Source: an uncultured delta proteobacterium (GTDB lineage: Bacteria; Myxococcota_A; Polyangia; Polyangiales; Polyangiaceae). Taken from it: DNA of 64,000 nt. Positions within the stretch are counted from its first letter, which is position 1. Each line of letters opens with the position of its first letter. Below the pieces are notes generated by a model, which worked only from the letters and a program-made list of their open reading frames with translations, had not been told where the DNA came from and did not search any database. The stretch covers positions 449,029-513,028 of the forward strand of contig CAVXQJ010000016.1 in NCBI GenBank assembly GCA_963763745.1. The letters run 5' to 3'. Positions 20,137 through 30,731 of the stretch are shown one piece after another. A program made the translations under genes and the position numbers.

Positions 20137-21114
20137 TCAGCCCTCGTCCGGCTTCGGCGCGTTGCCGAGCACCTCGTCGATGCGCTTCATCGCGTTCTTG
20201 TCGAGGTTCTTCGCGACATCGAGCGCCTTCATGTTCTCGACGACTTGCTCTCTCTTGCTCGCGCCGGTGATCACCGAGCTCACGTTCCGATTCTTCAAGC
20301 ACCACGCGATCGCGAGCTGCGCCATCGTGCAACCGAGGACGCTCGCGATGGCCGAGAGGTTCTGCACGTACGCGATGCGGTCTGCGTCGAGCACGCTCTC
20401 GGCGAGCCACTTCATGTTCTCGAGGTCGAGGCGCGAGCCCTTCGGGATCCCACTGTTGTATTTTCCCGTGAGCACGCCCGACGCGAGCGGGCTCCATGTC
20501 GTCGTGCCGTAACCGAGCTCGGCGAAGAGCGGCAGGTACTCGACCTCCATGCGCCGCCGCCAGAGCATGTTGTATTGCGGCTGCTCCATCACCGGCGGCG
20601 TGAGGCCATTCTCCTTCGCGATGCCGTGCGCGCGCATGATCTCCGCCGCGCTCCATTCGCTCGTTCCCCAATAGAAAATCTTTCCCTGACGAACGAGGAC
20701 GTCCATCGCGCGCACGGTCTCTTCGATCGGCGTCTCGGGATCGGGCCGGTGGCAAAAACAGAGATCGACATACGTGAGCTGCAATCGATCGAGCGCGGCG
20801 TTCACGCCCTCGATGACGTGTTTGTGCGAGAGGCCTTTGTCGTTCGGCCCGTCGCCGCCCCAGAAAATTTTCGTGGAGATGACGTACGACGAGCGCTTCC
20901 ATCCCGCCTTCTTCAAGACGTTGCCCATCGTCTTCTCGGCCTTGCCGCCGCCGTACGCTTCGGCGTTATCGAAGAAGTTCACGCCCGCATCCCACGCCGC
21001 GTGCATGCATTCGCCCGCGACGTCCTCGCCGATCTGGCTCCCCATCGTGACCCACGAGCCAAGCGACAGCGCGCTGACTTTCAACCCCGATTTCCCGAGC
21101 CGGCGGTATTCCAT
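20137..21114 (-). CDS. aldo/keto reductase family oxidoreductase
   Basis: True start is M151 of the long ORF ([21 protein letters not shown]...[12 protein letters not shown]...). Only the C-terminal ~326 aa of the ORF is AKR-like. Confidence 0.85.
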   Translation of the reverse strand: MEYRRLGKSGLKVSALSLGSWVTMGSQIGEDVAGECMHAAWDAGVNFFDNAEAYGGGKAEKTMGNVLKKAGWKRSSYVISTKIFWGGDGPNDKGLSHKHVIEGVNAALDRLQLTYVDLCFCHRPDPETPIEETVRAMDVLVRQGKIFYWGTSEWSAAEIMRAHGIAKENGLTPPVMEQPQYNMLWRRRMEVEYLPLFAELGYGTTTWSPLASGVLTGKYNSGIPKGSRLDLENMKWLAESVLDADRIAYVQNLSAIASVLGCTMAQLAIAWCLKNRNVSSVITGASKREQVVENMKALDVAKNLDKNAMKRIDEVLGNAPKPDEG

Positions 21115-21137
21115 CGGGGGGATGATAACGTCGTCGC

Positions 21138-21518
21138 ATGCGAGCGTGGGTCTTGTTGATCGTGCTGAGTGCGTGCCAAGCGAAGAGCGAGGCGCGCAAT
21201 CTCGTCGCGGCGGTCGACGCGTTTCGCGAGGCCAGCAACGACAACAAACCCGGCAAGGCCGACGCGCTCGACAAAGTCGAATGCACCGACAAAGAAGTCT
21301 GCGAGGTGAAGGCCGCGTGCACGAAATCCGCGGACGCGACGGCAAAGGGTCTACGCCTGCAACAAGACGTGCAGGCTCATGCGCACGACAGCGGACCTTA
21401 TCCGGACGATCTCGCGGACAAATGGAAAGAGGCGAGCTCCGATCTCGCGATGGGCTACGGCCTCCTCGAAGACTGTCGCAACAAGACGCTCGCGTTGAAG
21501 GAGCGGTTCGGCCTCTGA
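21138..21518 (+). CDS. hypothetical small lipoprotein
   Basis: [14 protein letters not shown] lipobox; helical, charged 126-aa product. Confidence 0.4.
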   Translation: MRAWVLLIVLSACQAKSEARNLVAAVDAFREASNDNKPGKADALDKVECTDKEVCEVKAACTKSADATAKGLRLQQDVQAHAHDSGPYPDDLADKWKEASSDLAMGYGLLEDCRNKTLALKERFGL

Positions 21519-21545
21519 CAACTTTCGTGCTAATCCATCCGCCCC

Positions 21546-23168
21546 ATGTTCGACGCGCTCGCAAAAGGGTTCAAGCAAGCCAAAAATAGGCTCGCGGGCC
21601 TCACCGAGCTCACCGAGCAGAACGTCGAAACGGCGCTCCGCGAGGTGAGGCTCTCGCTCCTCGAAGCCGACGTCGAGCTCGGCGTGACGAAGGCATTCCT
21701 CGCGCGCGTGAAGGAGAAGGCGCTCGGCGAAGTCGTTCGCTTGAAGGCGAAGGGCAAAGACGGCGCGTCGATGAAGGTCACCGCCGCCGATCAGTTCGTG
21801 AAGATCTGCCACGACGAGCTCGTCGCGTTCATGAGCGCGGAGGGCGAAGCGATCACGTGGGTGAAGGGCGCGCCGACCGGCATCATGATGGTCGGTCTCC
21901 AAGGCTCCGGAAAAACCACGACGTGCGCGAAGCTCGCGCGCCTCCTCCAGAGCGAGAAGCACAAACCGATGCTCGTCGCCGCCGACATGCAACGGCCCGC
22001 GGCGGTCGAGCAGCTCCAAGTGCTCGGCGCGAGCTTGAACGTGCCGGTGTTCAACGTTCCGGGCGCGACGCCGCTCGAGATCTGCAAAGCGGCGCCTGCG
22101 GAAGCGAAGGCGAAGGGCTGCGACGTCATCGTGTACGACACCGCCGGCCGTCTCGCGATCGACGAAGCGCTGATGACCGAGCTCGCCGACATCAAAGCGG
22201 CCGTTCATCCCGAAAATATTTTCCTCGTCGTCGACTCGATGATCGGCCAAGACGCCGTCAAAGTTTCGAAGGGCTTCCACGATCGCCTCGCGATCACCGG
22301 CGTCGTCCTCACGAAGCTCGACGGCGACGCGCGCGGCGGCGCAGCGCTCAGCATCCGCGAGGTCACCGGCGCGCCCGTTCGGTTCATCGGCATGGGCGAA
22401 GGCACGGGCGCGCTCGAAGAGTTCCGCCCCGAAGGCATGGCGTCGCGCGTGCTCGGCATGGGCGACGTCGTCGGCCTGATGAAAGACTTCGAGCAAGTCG
22501 TCGATCAGAAAAAAGCCGCGGACGACGCGCTCCGCATGCTCGAGGGCAAATTCACGCTCGACGATTTCCTCGAGCAGATCCGCATGATCCAAAAAATGGG
22601 ATCGCTGCAGGACATCGTCGGAAAAATGCCGGGGATGGATCAGCTCCCCGAGGGCATGGCGCAGAACCTCGACGATCGCGAGCTCGTGAAGATCGAAGCG
22701 GTCATCTCGAGCTTCACGAAATTCGAGCGGCGCGATCCGAACGCGCTCATCCGCGAGCCTTCGCGCGTGAAGCGCATCGCGAAGGGATCGGGCTCGGAAG
22801 AGGGCGCCGTCAGCGAGCTCGTGCAGAAGTTCCTCTTCATGAAGCAGATGATGGAGGGCCTCGGGCAGAACATGGGCCTCCTCGGAAAAATTCCGGGGAT
22901 GAAAAATCTCGGCATGGCGAACGCGCTCCGCAAAATGCAAAAGGGCGGGGGAATGCCGGACTTGAGCGCGCTCGGCGGCATGGGTGGGCTCGGCGGGCTC
23001 GGTGGGATGGGCGGGCTCGGCGGCATGTTCGGCGGGATGCCGGGCCTCGGCGGCGGCGCGCCGGGCGAGAGCATGACGAAGATGAAAGTGCTCAGCGACA
23101 AAGAGCGCAACGCGAAGAAGGCCGCTCGCAAGCGCGAGAAAGAAGCGCGCCGCAAGAGTCGACGCTGA
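21546..23168 (+). CDS. ffh: signal recognition particle protein Ffh (SRP54)
   Basis: N and G domains ([20 protein letters not shown]); Met/Gly-rich M domain ([14 protein letters not shown]) and basic C-terminus. Intact. Confidence 0.95.
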   Translation: MFDALAKGFKQAKNRLAGLTELTEQNVETALREVRLSLLEADVELGVTKAFLARVKEKALGEVVRLKAKGKDGASMKVTAADQFVKICHDELVAFMSAEGEAITWVKGAPTGIMMVGLQGSGKTTTCAKLARLLQSEKHKPMLVAADMQRPAAVEQLQVLGASLNVPVFNVPGATPLEICKAAPAEAKAKGCDVIVYDTAGRLAIDEALMTELADIKAAVHPENIFLVVDSMIGQDAVKVSKGFHDRLAITGVVLTKLDGDARGGAALSIREVTGAPVRFIGMGEGTGALEEFRPEGMASRVLGMGDVVGLMKDFEQVVDQKKAADDALRMLEGKFTLDDFLEQIRMIQKMGSLQDIVGKMPGMDQLPEGMAQNLDDRELVKIEAVISSFTKFERRDPNALIREPSRVKRIAKGSGSEEGAVSELVQKFLFMKQMMEGLGQNMGLLGKIPGMKNLGMANALRKMQKGGGMPDLSALGGMGGLGGLGGMGGLGGMFGGMPGLGGGAPGESMTKMKVLSDKERNAKKAARKREKEARRKSRR

Positions 23169-24388
23169 TTTCTTCCATTCGCGATCGCAACATCTGGCTC
23201 GTCTACGCGAGCATCTTCCTCTTGGGCGTCGCGTATGGCGCATCGCTCTCGGTGACGCCGCTCCAGCTCGCGCACGTACACTTCTCGAAACGCGAGATCG
23301 GCACGCTCGCGATCTGCTTCGCGGGCGGCATCGTCGCGATGAGCATCCCGTCGGGCGCGCTGATTCGCCGATTCGGCGCGAAGGCGACGCTCATGGCCGC
23401 GCTCCTCGTCTATGCCACGTCCGTCGCGCTCTTCCCGCTGCAGACGACGTGGATCGGAACCGGTCTCGTTCGCTCGCTCGATGGCGCGGCGAGCGTCGGC
23501 GTGTGGGTCGCGTGCGAGACCGTCCTTCTCGCGCGCGCGGACAAAACACACAAGGCGCTCGTCATGAGCTTCTACGCGATGGCGATCGCGATCGGCTACA
23601 TCGCGGGATCCGGCTTCGCGCGCGTGCTGGCGATATTCGTAGAATACAAGTACACGTTCTTCACCTCTGCGCTGATTTCCGTCCTCACGGCGCTCTTCGT
23701 CTCGTCGCGGCTCGACCCGTCCGCGCAAGTCGCCGCGGAGGACCCAGGCGTCCCGTCGACGACCTCGAGCCTCGCTCTGCTCGTTCAGATCAAAACGTCG
23801 TGCGCCGCGACGTTCGCGTACGGGTACTTCCAAGCGGCGGTCGTCCTCTTCTTGCCGCTCTATTTGGTCGACTCGAAGAACGTCGCCGAGGAGAGCACCA
23901 TCCTCATCACCGCGTTCTTCGCGGCGGGCATGCTCATCTTCTCGAGCATCGCGGCGCGCATCGGCGACCGAGTCGGGCATTTGCGCGTGATGACGGTGCT
24001 CGCCGCGATCGGCGTCGTCATGATCATGGGCTTCGTGTTTCTCACGTCGTGGCCGCTCATGTGCGTCGCGATCTTCGTCGCGGGCGCGACGCTCGCGTCG
24101 ATTTCACCCGTGAGCTTGGCGCTCCAAGGCCACATCGCCGCGCCCGGCGACTACACCCGCGCGAACGCGATCTACAACGCGTGCTACGCGCTCGGCATGC
24201 TCCTCGGCCCGCCCATCTCGGGCGTCATCATCACGAAGTGGGGCGGGGCGGCGATGCTGCATCACTTCGCGGCTATGTGGGTCGGGTTCATCGTCATGAG
24301 CCTCGTGTTTCGGCGGGACGATCCTCACGCGATGTCCGAAAAGATGCGCGCAAGCGGCACGGCGCGAACGCGATCGCCGAGCGCGTAG
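23168..24388 (+). CDS. MFS transporter (start codon uncertain; no canonical start found just after the ffh stop)
   Basis: 12 predicted TM segments (IWLVYASIFLLGVAYGASLSV ... ). It sits in the +2 frame relative to ffh and runs from the ffh stop to 24388. It may be translationally coupled or have a non-canonical start. Confidence 0.6.
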   Translation: MSSIRDRNIWLVYASIFLLGVAYGASLSVTPLQLAHVHFSKREIGTLAICFAGGIVAMSIPSGALIRRFGAKATLMAALLVYATSVALFPLQTTWIGTGLVRSLDGAASVGVWVACETVLLARADKTHKALVMSFYAMAIAIGYIAGSGFARVLAIFVEYKYTFFTSALISVLTALFVSSRLDPSAQVAAEDPGVPSTTSSLALLVQIKTSCAATFAYGYFQAAVVLFLPLYLVDSKNVAEESTILITAFFAAGMLIFSSIAARIGDRVGHLRVMTVLAAIGVVMIMGFVFLTSWPLMCVAIFVAGATLASISPVSLALQGHIAAPGDYTRANAIYNACYALGMLLGPPISGVIITKWGGAAMLHHFAAMWVGFIVMSLVFRRDDPHAMSEKMRASGTARTRSPSA

Positions 24389-25548
24389 GTCTCGGTGCCT
24401 TCGTAGATCACGTCGAGACGATCGAGGCGCAGATCGGCGAGCGCGATGCGTATCGACGGCGTCATGCGCGGCGTGCTCGTTCGCTTCACTTCGAATCCGA
24501 TGCGCTTGGTTCCGTGGAGCACGAGAAGGTCAAGCTCGGCGCCTTGATGCGTCGACCAGAAGAAACATTTTTCGCGCCGCACGCCGAGGCGCGCGACGAT
24601 CTGATCGATCGCGAATCCTTCCCATGATGCGCCGACCTTCGGGTGACGCTCGAGCGCGCTCTGCGATGCGATCCCGAGCAGCGAATGGAGGATGCCGGAG
24701 TCGCCGAGATAAATCTTCGGCGAGCGCACCTGCCGCTTCTTCAAGTTCTCGTGCCACGGCTGGAGTTGCCGCACCATGAACGTGCCCGTGAGCGCGTCGA
24801 GGTACGAGCGCACGGTGCTCTCCGAGATGGCGAACGCGCGCGCGAGCTCCGCGCCGTTCCAGATTTGCGCGTGGTAGTGCGCGAGCATCGACCAGAATCG
24901 GAAGAGCGCTTGCGACGGGATGCGCAAACCGAGCGGCGCGAGATCGCGCTCGAGAAACGTTCGCACGAACTCGTCGCGCCAGCGCACGCTGTCGTTCTCC
25001 GTCCGCGCGAGAAACGAACGCGGAAAGCCGCCGCGTCGCCACAGCGCCCCGGTCTTCTTTTCGCCGACTTCGTCCGCGGTGAGCGGCGGCAGCTCGTGGT
25101 ACGCGATGCGACCCGCGAGCGACTCCGAGCCTTGTCGCGCGAGATCGCCGGCCGCGCTGCCGAGCACCAGAAATCGCGCGGGCACGCCGGGCCGATCGAC
25201 GAGGACGCGCAGCACGGGAAAGAGCTCGGGCGCGCGCTGAATCTCGTCGAGCACGACGAGGCCGCGAAGCGGCTCGAGTGCGAGGAGCGGATCGCGCAGG
25301 CGCTCGAGATCGCGCGGAGACTCCAAGTCGAACCGCGTGTGGCGCTTTCGCTCCGACGCGACGTGCGCCGCGAAAGTCGTCTTCCCGCTTTGCCTCGGAC
25401 CGACGATCGCAACGACCGGCGTCGTGCGGAGGAGGCCGTGGACGACGCGGACGTGTCTTGCGCGGGTGATCAAAGCGGCTCTCCATGAAAAGGCGCGCTG
25501 TGACCCACGAAATTCATGCTCCGAGCTTACCATGAAAAACATGGCCAA
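24325..25548 (-). CDS. AAA+ ATPase, COG1373/DUF4143 family (paralog 2; true start probably ATG at 25542 or 25533)
   Basis: VVAIVGPRQSGKTTFA Walker A; LVVLDEIQ Walker B; ...WEGFAIDQIVARL... colinear with paralog 1 over the whole length. Confidence 0.8.
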   Translation of the reverse strand: MAMFFMVSSEHEFRGSQRAFSWRAALITRARHVRVVHGLLRTTPVVAIVGPRQSGKTTFAAHVASERKRHTRFDLESPRDLERLRDPLLALEPLRGLVVLDEIQRAPELFPVLRVLVDRPGVPARFLVLGSAAGDLARQGSESLAGRIAYHELPPLTADEVGEKKTGALWRRGGFPRSFLARTENDSVRWRDEFVRTFLERDLAPLGLRIPSQALFRFWSMLAHYHAQIWNGAELARAFAISESTVRSYLDALTGTFMVRQLQPWHENLKKRQVRSPKIYLGDSGILHSLLGIASQSALERHPKVGASWEGFAIDQIVARLGVRREKCFFWSTHQGAELDLLVLHGTKRIGFEVKRTSTPRMTPSIRIALADLRLDRLDVIYEGTETYALGDRVRAVPLARIFSDIA

Positions 25549-25614
25549 CGCGGTGGATTTTCATGGTGCTTGGCGTCTCACCCAAACCCGCGAACTTCTG
25601 GTAAACCGCTCGGC

Positions 25615-27105
25615 ATGCTGAAAGCGCGAGCACTGGTTTGTGCGGCGATCGCCGCGTGTGCGATCGGATGCGTCGGTGGGTCGAAGGGCATCTCGAGCGA
25701 GGACAAGGAGAAGCTCAAGGCGTACATCGCCGACAGCGAGCCGGCCGACATCCCGCACAAGATCGACATCAACTTCGAAAACAAAGTGCACATGATCGGC
25801 TACAAGGTCGAGCCCGAGGTCGCCAAGCCGAACACGGACATCAAGATCACGTACTACTGGCGCTGCGACGACACGCTCGACGACGGTTGGGCGCTCTTCA
25901 CGCACGTCACCGACGAGTCGCAAGGCAAGAGCGACAACCTCGACTGGGCCGGCCCGCTCCGCGAGAACCGCGACAACAAGCAGCTGCTCGGCCCGTCTCG
26001 TTGGGAGCGCGGAAAATATTATCTCGACGAGCAGCCGTACAAAGTTCCGGACTGGGTCAAGGGCTCGGAGCTCACGTTCTACGTAGGCATCTGGAAGGGC
26101 AGCGCGCGCCTCCACGTCGTCTCGGGTCCGAACGACGGCGAGAACCGCGCGATCGCGGCGAAGGTGAAGACCGGAATCAACGCGCCGCCGCCACAAGAGA
26201 TCCACTCGGCGCTCCCCGACGCGATGCTCGGCAACAAGCTCGCGGCGAACGACAAGATCACCATCGACGGAAAAGCCGACGAACCCGCTTGGAAGGGAGC
26301 GCAGATCCTCGGCCCTTTCGTTGATGTGGGAACGGGCGCTGCCGCAGCGGCCACGTTCCCAGCGAACGGAAAGGTGCGTCTCTTGTGGGACGACACCAAT
26401 CTCTACGTGTTCGCAGAAATCACGGAGACGGATGTCGTCGGCGGATTCGACGACAAAACGAAGAAGGTCCCCGCGAAGGACGACAAAGCGGACAGCATCT
26501 GGACCACGGGCGGTCAGCCGAAGCTTTGGACGAAAGACGCGCTCGAGATGATGATCGACCCGGGCGCGAGCGGCGACAACAAGAACTACTTCGAGCTGCA
26601 GTTCAACCCGCAGAACAAAGTCTTTCACGCGCACTTCGACGACTTTCGCAATCCGTCGACGGAGCCGAACGGCCCATTCGGCCACGAGGATTGGGATCCG
26701 AAGTTGAAGAGCGCCGCCCTAGTGCACGGCACGGTCGACAAGGCCGATGATCAGGATCAAGGCTACGACGTCGAGATCGCGATCCCGTGGACGGCGTTCG
26801 CGAAGAACGCGACGAAAGCGCCGCCCGCGCCGGGCGACGTTTGGCGCATGAACTTCTACGCGATGAAGGCGAACAACGCGGTCGCGTGGTCCGCGCCGAT
26901 GGGGCAGGGGTTTCATCGCGCGGCGCGCTTTGGCCGCGTCCACTTCGGCCCGGCGATGCCCGCGGCGCTTCCGTTCGCGTCGGGGTCGGTCGGTCCCGCG
27001 AGCCCGATGGCCCCGCCGCCGCCGGGCATGCCGCGCATTCCGCGCATGCGCATTCCGGGCGTGCCGGGCCCCGTTCAGACCGCGACGACGAATACGAACC
27101 CGTAA
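25615..27105 (+). CDS. lipoprotein with carbohydrate-binding (CBM9/DOMON-like) domain and Pro-rich C-terminal tail
   Basis: MLKARALVCAAIAACAIGC lipobox (M34 of the ORF). ...KITIDGKADEPAWKGAQ...LWDDTNLYVFAEITETDV...NYFELQFNP...VWRMNFYAM pattern typical of CBM9-like domains. C-terminal PPPPGMPRIPRMRIPGVPGP. Confidence 0.55.
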   Translation: MLKARALVCAAIAACAIGCVGGSKGISSEDKEKLKAYIADSEPADIPHKIDINFENKVHMIGYKVEPEVAKPNTDIKITYYWRCDDTLDDGWALFTHVTDESQGKSDNLDWAGPLRENRDNKQLLGPSRWERGKYYLDEQPYKVPDWVKGSELTFYVGIWKGSARLHVVSGPNDGENRAIAAKVKTGINAPPPQEIHSALPDAMLGNKLAANDKITIDGKADEPAWKGAQILGPFVDVGTGAAAAATFPANGKVRLLWDDTNLYVFAEITETDVVGGFDDKTKKVPAKDDKADSIWTTGGQPKLWTKDALEMMIDPGASGDNKNYFELQFNPQNKVFHAHFDDFRNPSTEPNGPFGHEDWDPKLKSAALVHGTVDKADDQDQGYDVEIAIPWTAFAKNATKAPPAPGDVWRMNFYAMKANNAVAWSAPMGQGFHRAARFGRVHFGPAMPAALPFASGSVGPASPMAPPPPGMPRIPRMRIPGVPGPVQTATTNTNP

Positions 27106-27143
27106 ATTCGTCATCTGCGAAGGGCGTCCGATACGATGATGCC

Positions 27144-28205
27144 ATGCGTGTTTCGCTCGGCGTCGTGTTCTCGGGCGCGCTCTGTCTGATTGCGCAGAGC
27201 GCAACGGCGCAGATCACGTTCAGCCTCGACAAATCCCGTAGCGCCGCGGCGGATGGCGCACGCGCGAAAGCCGTCGCCGGCGATTGCAAAGGCGCGCTCG
27301 ATTTGTTCGACGAAGCGCTTCGACACTCGATCGATCCGACGCTCTACCGCGATCGCGGCGCGTGTCACGAGAAGCTCGGCAACGTGTATCCCGCGATCGA
27401 CGACTATCGCGCATACGTCTCGCAAGCGCCCACCGCGGGCGACGCGGACAAAATCCGCGAGCGCATCGAATCGCTCATCAAGACGGCGTCGCAAGACATG
27501 GCGCCGAGCCTCGGTCATGGCGGCGACTTCGAGTCCGAGATGCGCGGCGGCATGGTGGACGGCTCGACACCCGGCTCGACGACGAGCAGCACGACCAAAA
27601 AAGACGACGACTCGAAAGACACGCAGACCAAACCGGAAGACCCGAACAAGCCGCTGAAGACGGTCGAGTACGAAGAGGGCCGCGACAAACAAGCGGAGAG
27701 CGGCCCGCTGCGGAAGGGCAAAGGTCTCGTGCTCGGCGTCTTCTTGTGGCCGCGCTACGTCATCAACGACTACTCGTTCCAGTTCGGACAAGGCATCGCC
27801 GTGCGCGTCGGTTACTCGGTGAGCTCGTCGAGCACGCTCGCGATCGAGATCGGCTACATGAACCAGCTATCGACAGGCAGCGCATCGACCACCGACGGCT
27901 TCACGGGCACGTTCAACTACGAGTACCGCATCCCGCTCGATCGATGGGCCGACAACCAGCTCATCGTCGGCGCGGGCGCCGGCTTCGAAGACCTCAAGCG
28001 CAACGATCTCCAGCTCCAATACGCGAGCTTCGTGGGCCGCGGCCGCTTCGGTTACCGCCACGTCTTCGGCCCGTCGCTCGCGCTGGATGTCGCTGCGGAC
28101 GGCGGGCTCATGATCACGCTCCCAATTGACCCGCCGCCGGGCGTGGAGACGGCCAGCTTTGGGGGGTTCATTGGGGGGGTTGTGGCACTGAGTGTGGGGT
28201 TTTAG
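27144..28205 (+). CDS. secreted protein with N-terminal TPR-like region and C-terminal outer-membrane beta-barrel-like domain (ends ...ALSVGF)
   Basis: Signal peptide MRVSLGVVFSGALCLIAQSATAQ. Alternating-hydrophobic beta-strand pattern in the last ~200 aa and a terminal Phe typical of BAM substrates. Adjacent to, and convergent with, the Wzc-like gene. Confidence 0.5.
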   Translation: MRVSLGVVFSGALCLIAQSATAQITFSLDKSRSAAADGARAKAVAGDCKGALDLFDEALRHSIDPTLYRDRGACHEKLGNVYPAIDDYRAYVSQAPTAGDADKIRERIESLIKTASQDMAPSLGHGGDFESEMRGGMVDGSTPGSTTSSTTKKDDDSKDTQTKPEDPNKPLKTVEYEEGRDKQAESGPLRKGKGLVLGVFLWPRYVINDYSFQFGQGIAVRVGYSVSSSSTLAIEIGYMNQLSTGSASTTDGFTGTFNYEYRIPLDRWADNQLIVGAGAGFEDLKRNDLQLQYASFVGRGRFGYRHVFGPSLALDVAADGGLMITLPIDPPPGVETASFGGFIGGVVALSVGF

Positions 28206-28306
28206 ACGAGCAACATCGACGAGAAGACTGTTGCCGGCTTCGGCGACGAATGGGAGCGCTTCGATCAGCGCGCCGTCGATCCGGAGTTCAAGAGTTATTT
28301 CGACAA

Positions 28307-30588
28307 TCAGTTGGGCGGTGAAGCGCTCTCGCTCGGCTCGCCGTCATCATCGACGCCATGGGGTCGATACCCTTCGCTCCGATAGTAGTAATACTGTTGT
28401 AGTAGTAGCTATAGCTGCTCTTGCGTGAGGTCGACCGCGTTGAGCACCGCGCCGACGACGCGCGCGTCGACGTCGCGGAGAGCGCGCAGGCCTTGGCGCG
28501 CGAGGTGGTGGCTCGTCTTGAACGCGCGGACGACGAAGAGCGTAGTGTCGGCGAGCGTCGAGACGATCGCCGAGTCGGTCACGGCCGCGAGCGGCGGGCT
28601 GTCGATGACCACGCGATCGAAGTGCTCGAGCAGCTCGCGCAGGAACTTCTTGAAGCGCTCCGATTGGAGCAAGTCGGCGGGATTTGGCGGCGGCGGGCCT
28701 GCGGGGATGCGACACAGATTCGGAATCGCGTCGCCATCTGGTCCCGTCGAGCGCGGCTTCGCGACATCGCCGATTGATGCGTCGCCGACGAGGACCGCCG
28801 TGACGCCGGCGTCGCCCGAGCGCCCGAAGATGCGGTGAAGCCGCGGGCGTCGAAGATCGCAGTCGATGATGCACGCGCGTTGTCCCGCTCTGCGCCATCG
28901 CGATCGCGACGCTGCATGCGACCGTCGTCTTGCCCTTCCGAGGGCGCCGAGCTCGTCACGAGGAGCGTGCGGTGCGGCTGTCCGGGTTCATGAAATGGAG
29001 GTTCGTGCGGAAGCTGCGTGCAGCCTCGGCGACGCCGCTGAGCGGACGGTCGTGGACGTAGAGTGCCGGATCGCCGCTTGCGGCAGCGGCGCTCGACGTC
29101 GGCGCTTCTCCTTTTCTTGCCGCCGTACCGCCGTACGCAGGCGCGTCCTCGTCGAGCGAGGGAAGCATGCCGAGGAACGTGAGGTTGAGCCGCGTCTCGA
29201 CGTCCTCGGGCGTCTTCATCGAGCTGTCGATCTGCTCGCGCAAGACGGCCAAGCGCGATGCCGAGCGACGAGTCCGACGAGCGAGCCGATGCCGAGGTTG
29301 ATCAGCGTGTTCGGGCGGATCGGGCGCGCGCGGCTCGGTCGGCTCGTCGACGACGTCGACGTTGTTGACCTTCATGCGCCGCGCGAGGTCGGCTTCTTTC
29401 TGGCGCTCGAGGAGCGTGTTGTACATCTTCTCGTTCTGTACGCGTTGACGATCGAGGCGGTGGTACTCGAGCTCTTTCAGGTTGAGATCGACCGCGCGCT
29501 TGCTGCGCTTCTTCGTAGAGCGAGCTGTCGCCGGCTCTCTTGGTGCTTGATGACTGCGAGATCATGCTCGACGGCGCCCTGGATGTTGCGCACTTCGTCG
29601 ACGAGCGCGCGCTTCGCCTGCGTGATGCGCTCGTCGGCGGCCTTCACGAGCGGGTGGTTCTCGCCCTTGCCGCTCGCGAGAAGCTCCTGACGGTCCTTCG
29701 TTGGCGGCGAGATATTGCGTTCGAAGCGACTGGAGGAAACCGCTCGTGAGGAGCTCGGACGCCGGAAGCACGTCGACGTTGTCGATCGTCACCTTCGCGA
29801 GCTCGGCCTCGCGCGCCTCGAGCTCTTTGCGCTTCGTCCGCGTGTGCGTCAGCGCGTCGTCGTACGTCTGCATCTCGAGACGAATCATCTTGCTGACTTC
29901 TTCGACGGTGCTCGACGGGAGCTCGTTCTTCTCTTTGAACTCGTGGAGCGCGTTCTCGCTCGCCTCGAGCTCGGTGTTGTAGTGGTCGACTTGGCCGCCG
30001 AGCCAGAGCGCTGCGTCGGAGCTCTCGTCGACGCCCTTCTCGAGGTTGTGGTCGACGTACGCGTGCGCGACGGCGTGCGGAGCTGGGCGGCGAGCGCCGG
30101 GTCGGTGTCTTCGACGCGAACGTAGAAGAGGCGGCTGTTCTTGACCGGCTCGACCGTGATCTCCGCGCGCAGCGCGCGACCGCGTTTTCGTTCGCGAGCT
30201 TGGCCCGGCGCGACGCCACCGTTGAAGCGCGGATTGGCCTGAAGCCCCATGCTCGCGCACGACCTTCGTGAGCACCGTGTCGCTCGTCACGATCGTGAAC
30301 TGCGTCTGGTACATCTCCTGGCTGTCCAGGTAGAACATCCAGCCCGTCGTCGGGTCTTGCTGGTTGCCGATGGGGCGAACGGGGTTCGGATCGAACTCCA
30401 GCATCGACGACGCTTGGTAGATGCGCGGTCGCGATTTCGACCAAAGCAGCGCAACGCCGCTCACGAACAGCACCATCGCGACGACCATAGGCCCAATGCT
30501 TGCGGACTTGGCCAAGAAGCGCCTGAATGCTGAGGCCGCGACCGTCGTCTTTCGACCTTTGGGCGGTGGTCTCGGGTGGGCTTGCCAT
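28307..30588 (-). pseudogene. Wzc-like polysaccharide co-polymerase / BY-family tyrosine autokinase, broken by at least 8 frameshifts plus an in-frame TAG before the Tyr-rich tail
   Basis: All expected pieces are present but lie in different frames. They are: N-terminal TM plus Wzz domain (IGPMVVAMVLFVSGVALLW..IYQASSMLEFDP; LQANPRFNGG...VEPVKNSRLFYVRV), a second TM (NTLINLGIGSLVGLV), Walker A (LLVTSSAPSEG / KTTVACSVAIAMAQSG), IIDCDLRRPRLHRIFG, the Walker B region VVIDSPPLAAVTDSAIV, and a Tyr cluster (QQYYYYRSEGY) encoded after TAG 28409-11. Confidence 0.8.
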
Positions 30589-30731
30589 GGGCGATGAAGG
30601 ATGACGTCACTACCTCAAGATGAGGCGGCGTGCCAGTTCGATGCGTGGGACCTGCGGCGGATTCAAGCGTGAAAATACGAAAAATCTCGATGGTTTTCCA
30701 GCATGTGACGAGGGTAAAACGCGCGGATTCC

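Noticed and set aside
21857-24388. 843-aa ORF across ffh and the MFS gene
   Set aside because: It is an out-of-frame run through ffh joined to the genuine MFS reading frame. Only the part after ~23168 is real.
25531-25545. ccatgaaaaacatgg near the start of ATPase paralog 2, considered as a palindromic operator
   Set aside because: Not a true palindrome (A5 versus T5 centre); it is simply two nearby ATG codons of the gene start region.
28381-28420. AT-rich tandem-like repeat tagtagtaatactgttgtagtagtagctatag, first suspected to be a regulatory repeat or mini-satellite
   Set aside because: Read on the minus strand it is (TAC/TAT)n, encoding the C-terminal tyrosine cluster of the Wzc-like kinase. 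It is coding, not a non-coding repeat.
30589-30731. Palindrome atgacgtcac (CRE-like tgacgtca) in the wzc/asnB1 divergent intergenic region
   Set aside because: 8-bp palindromes occur by chance at this length, and both flanking genes look inactive. Noted but not called as a site.
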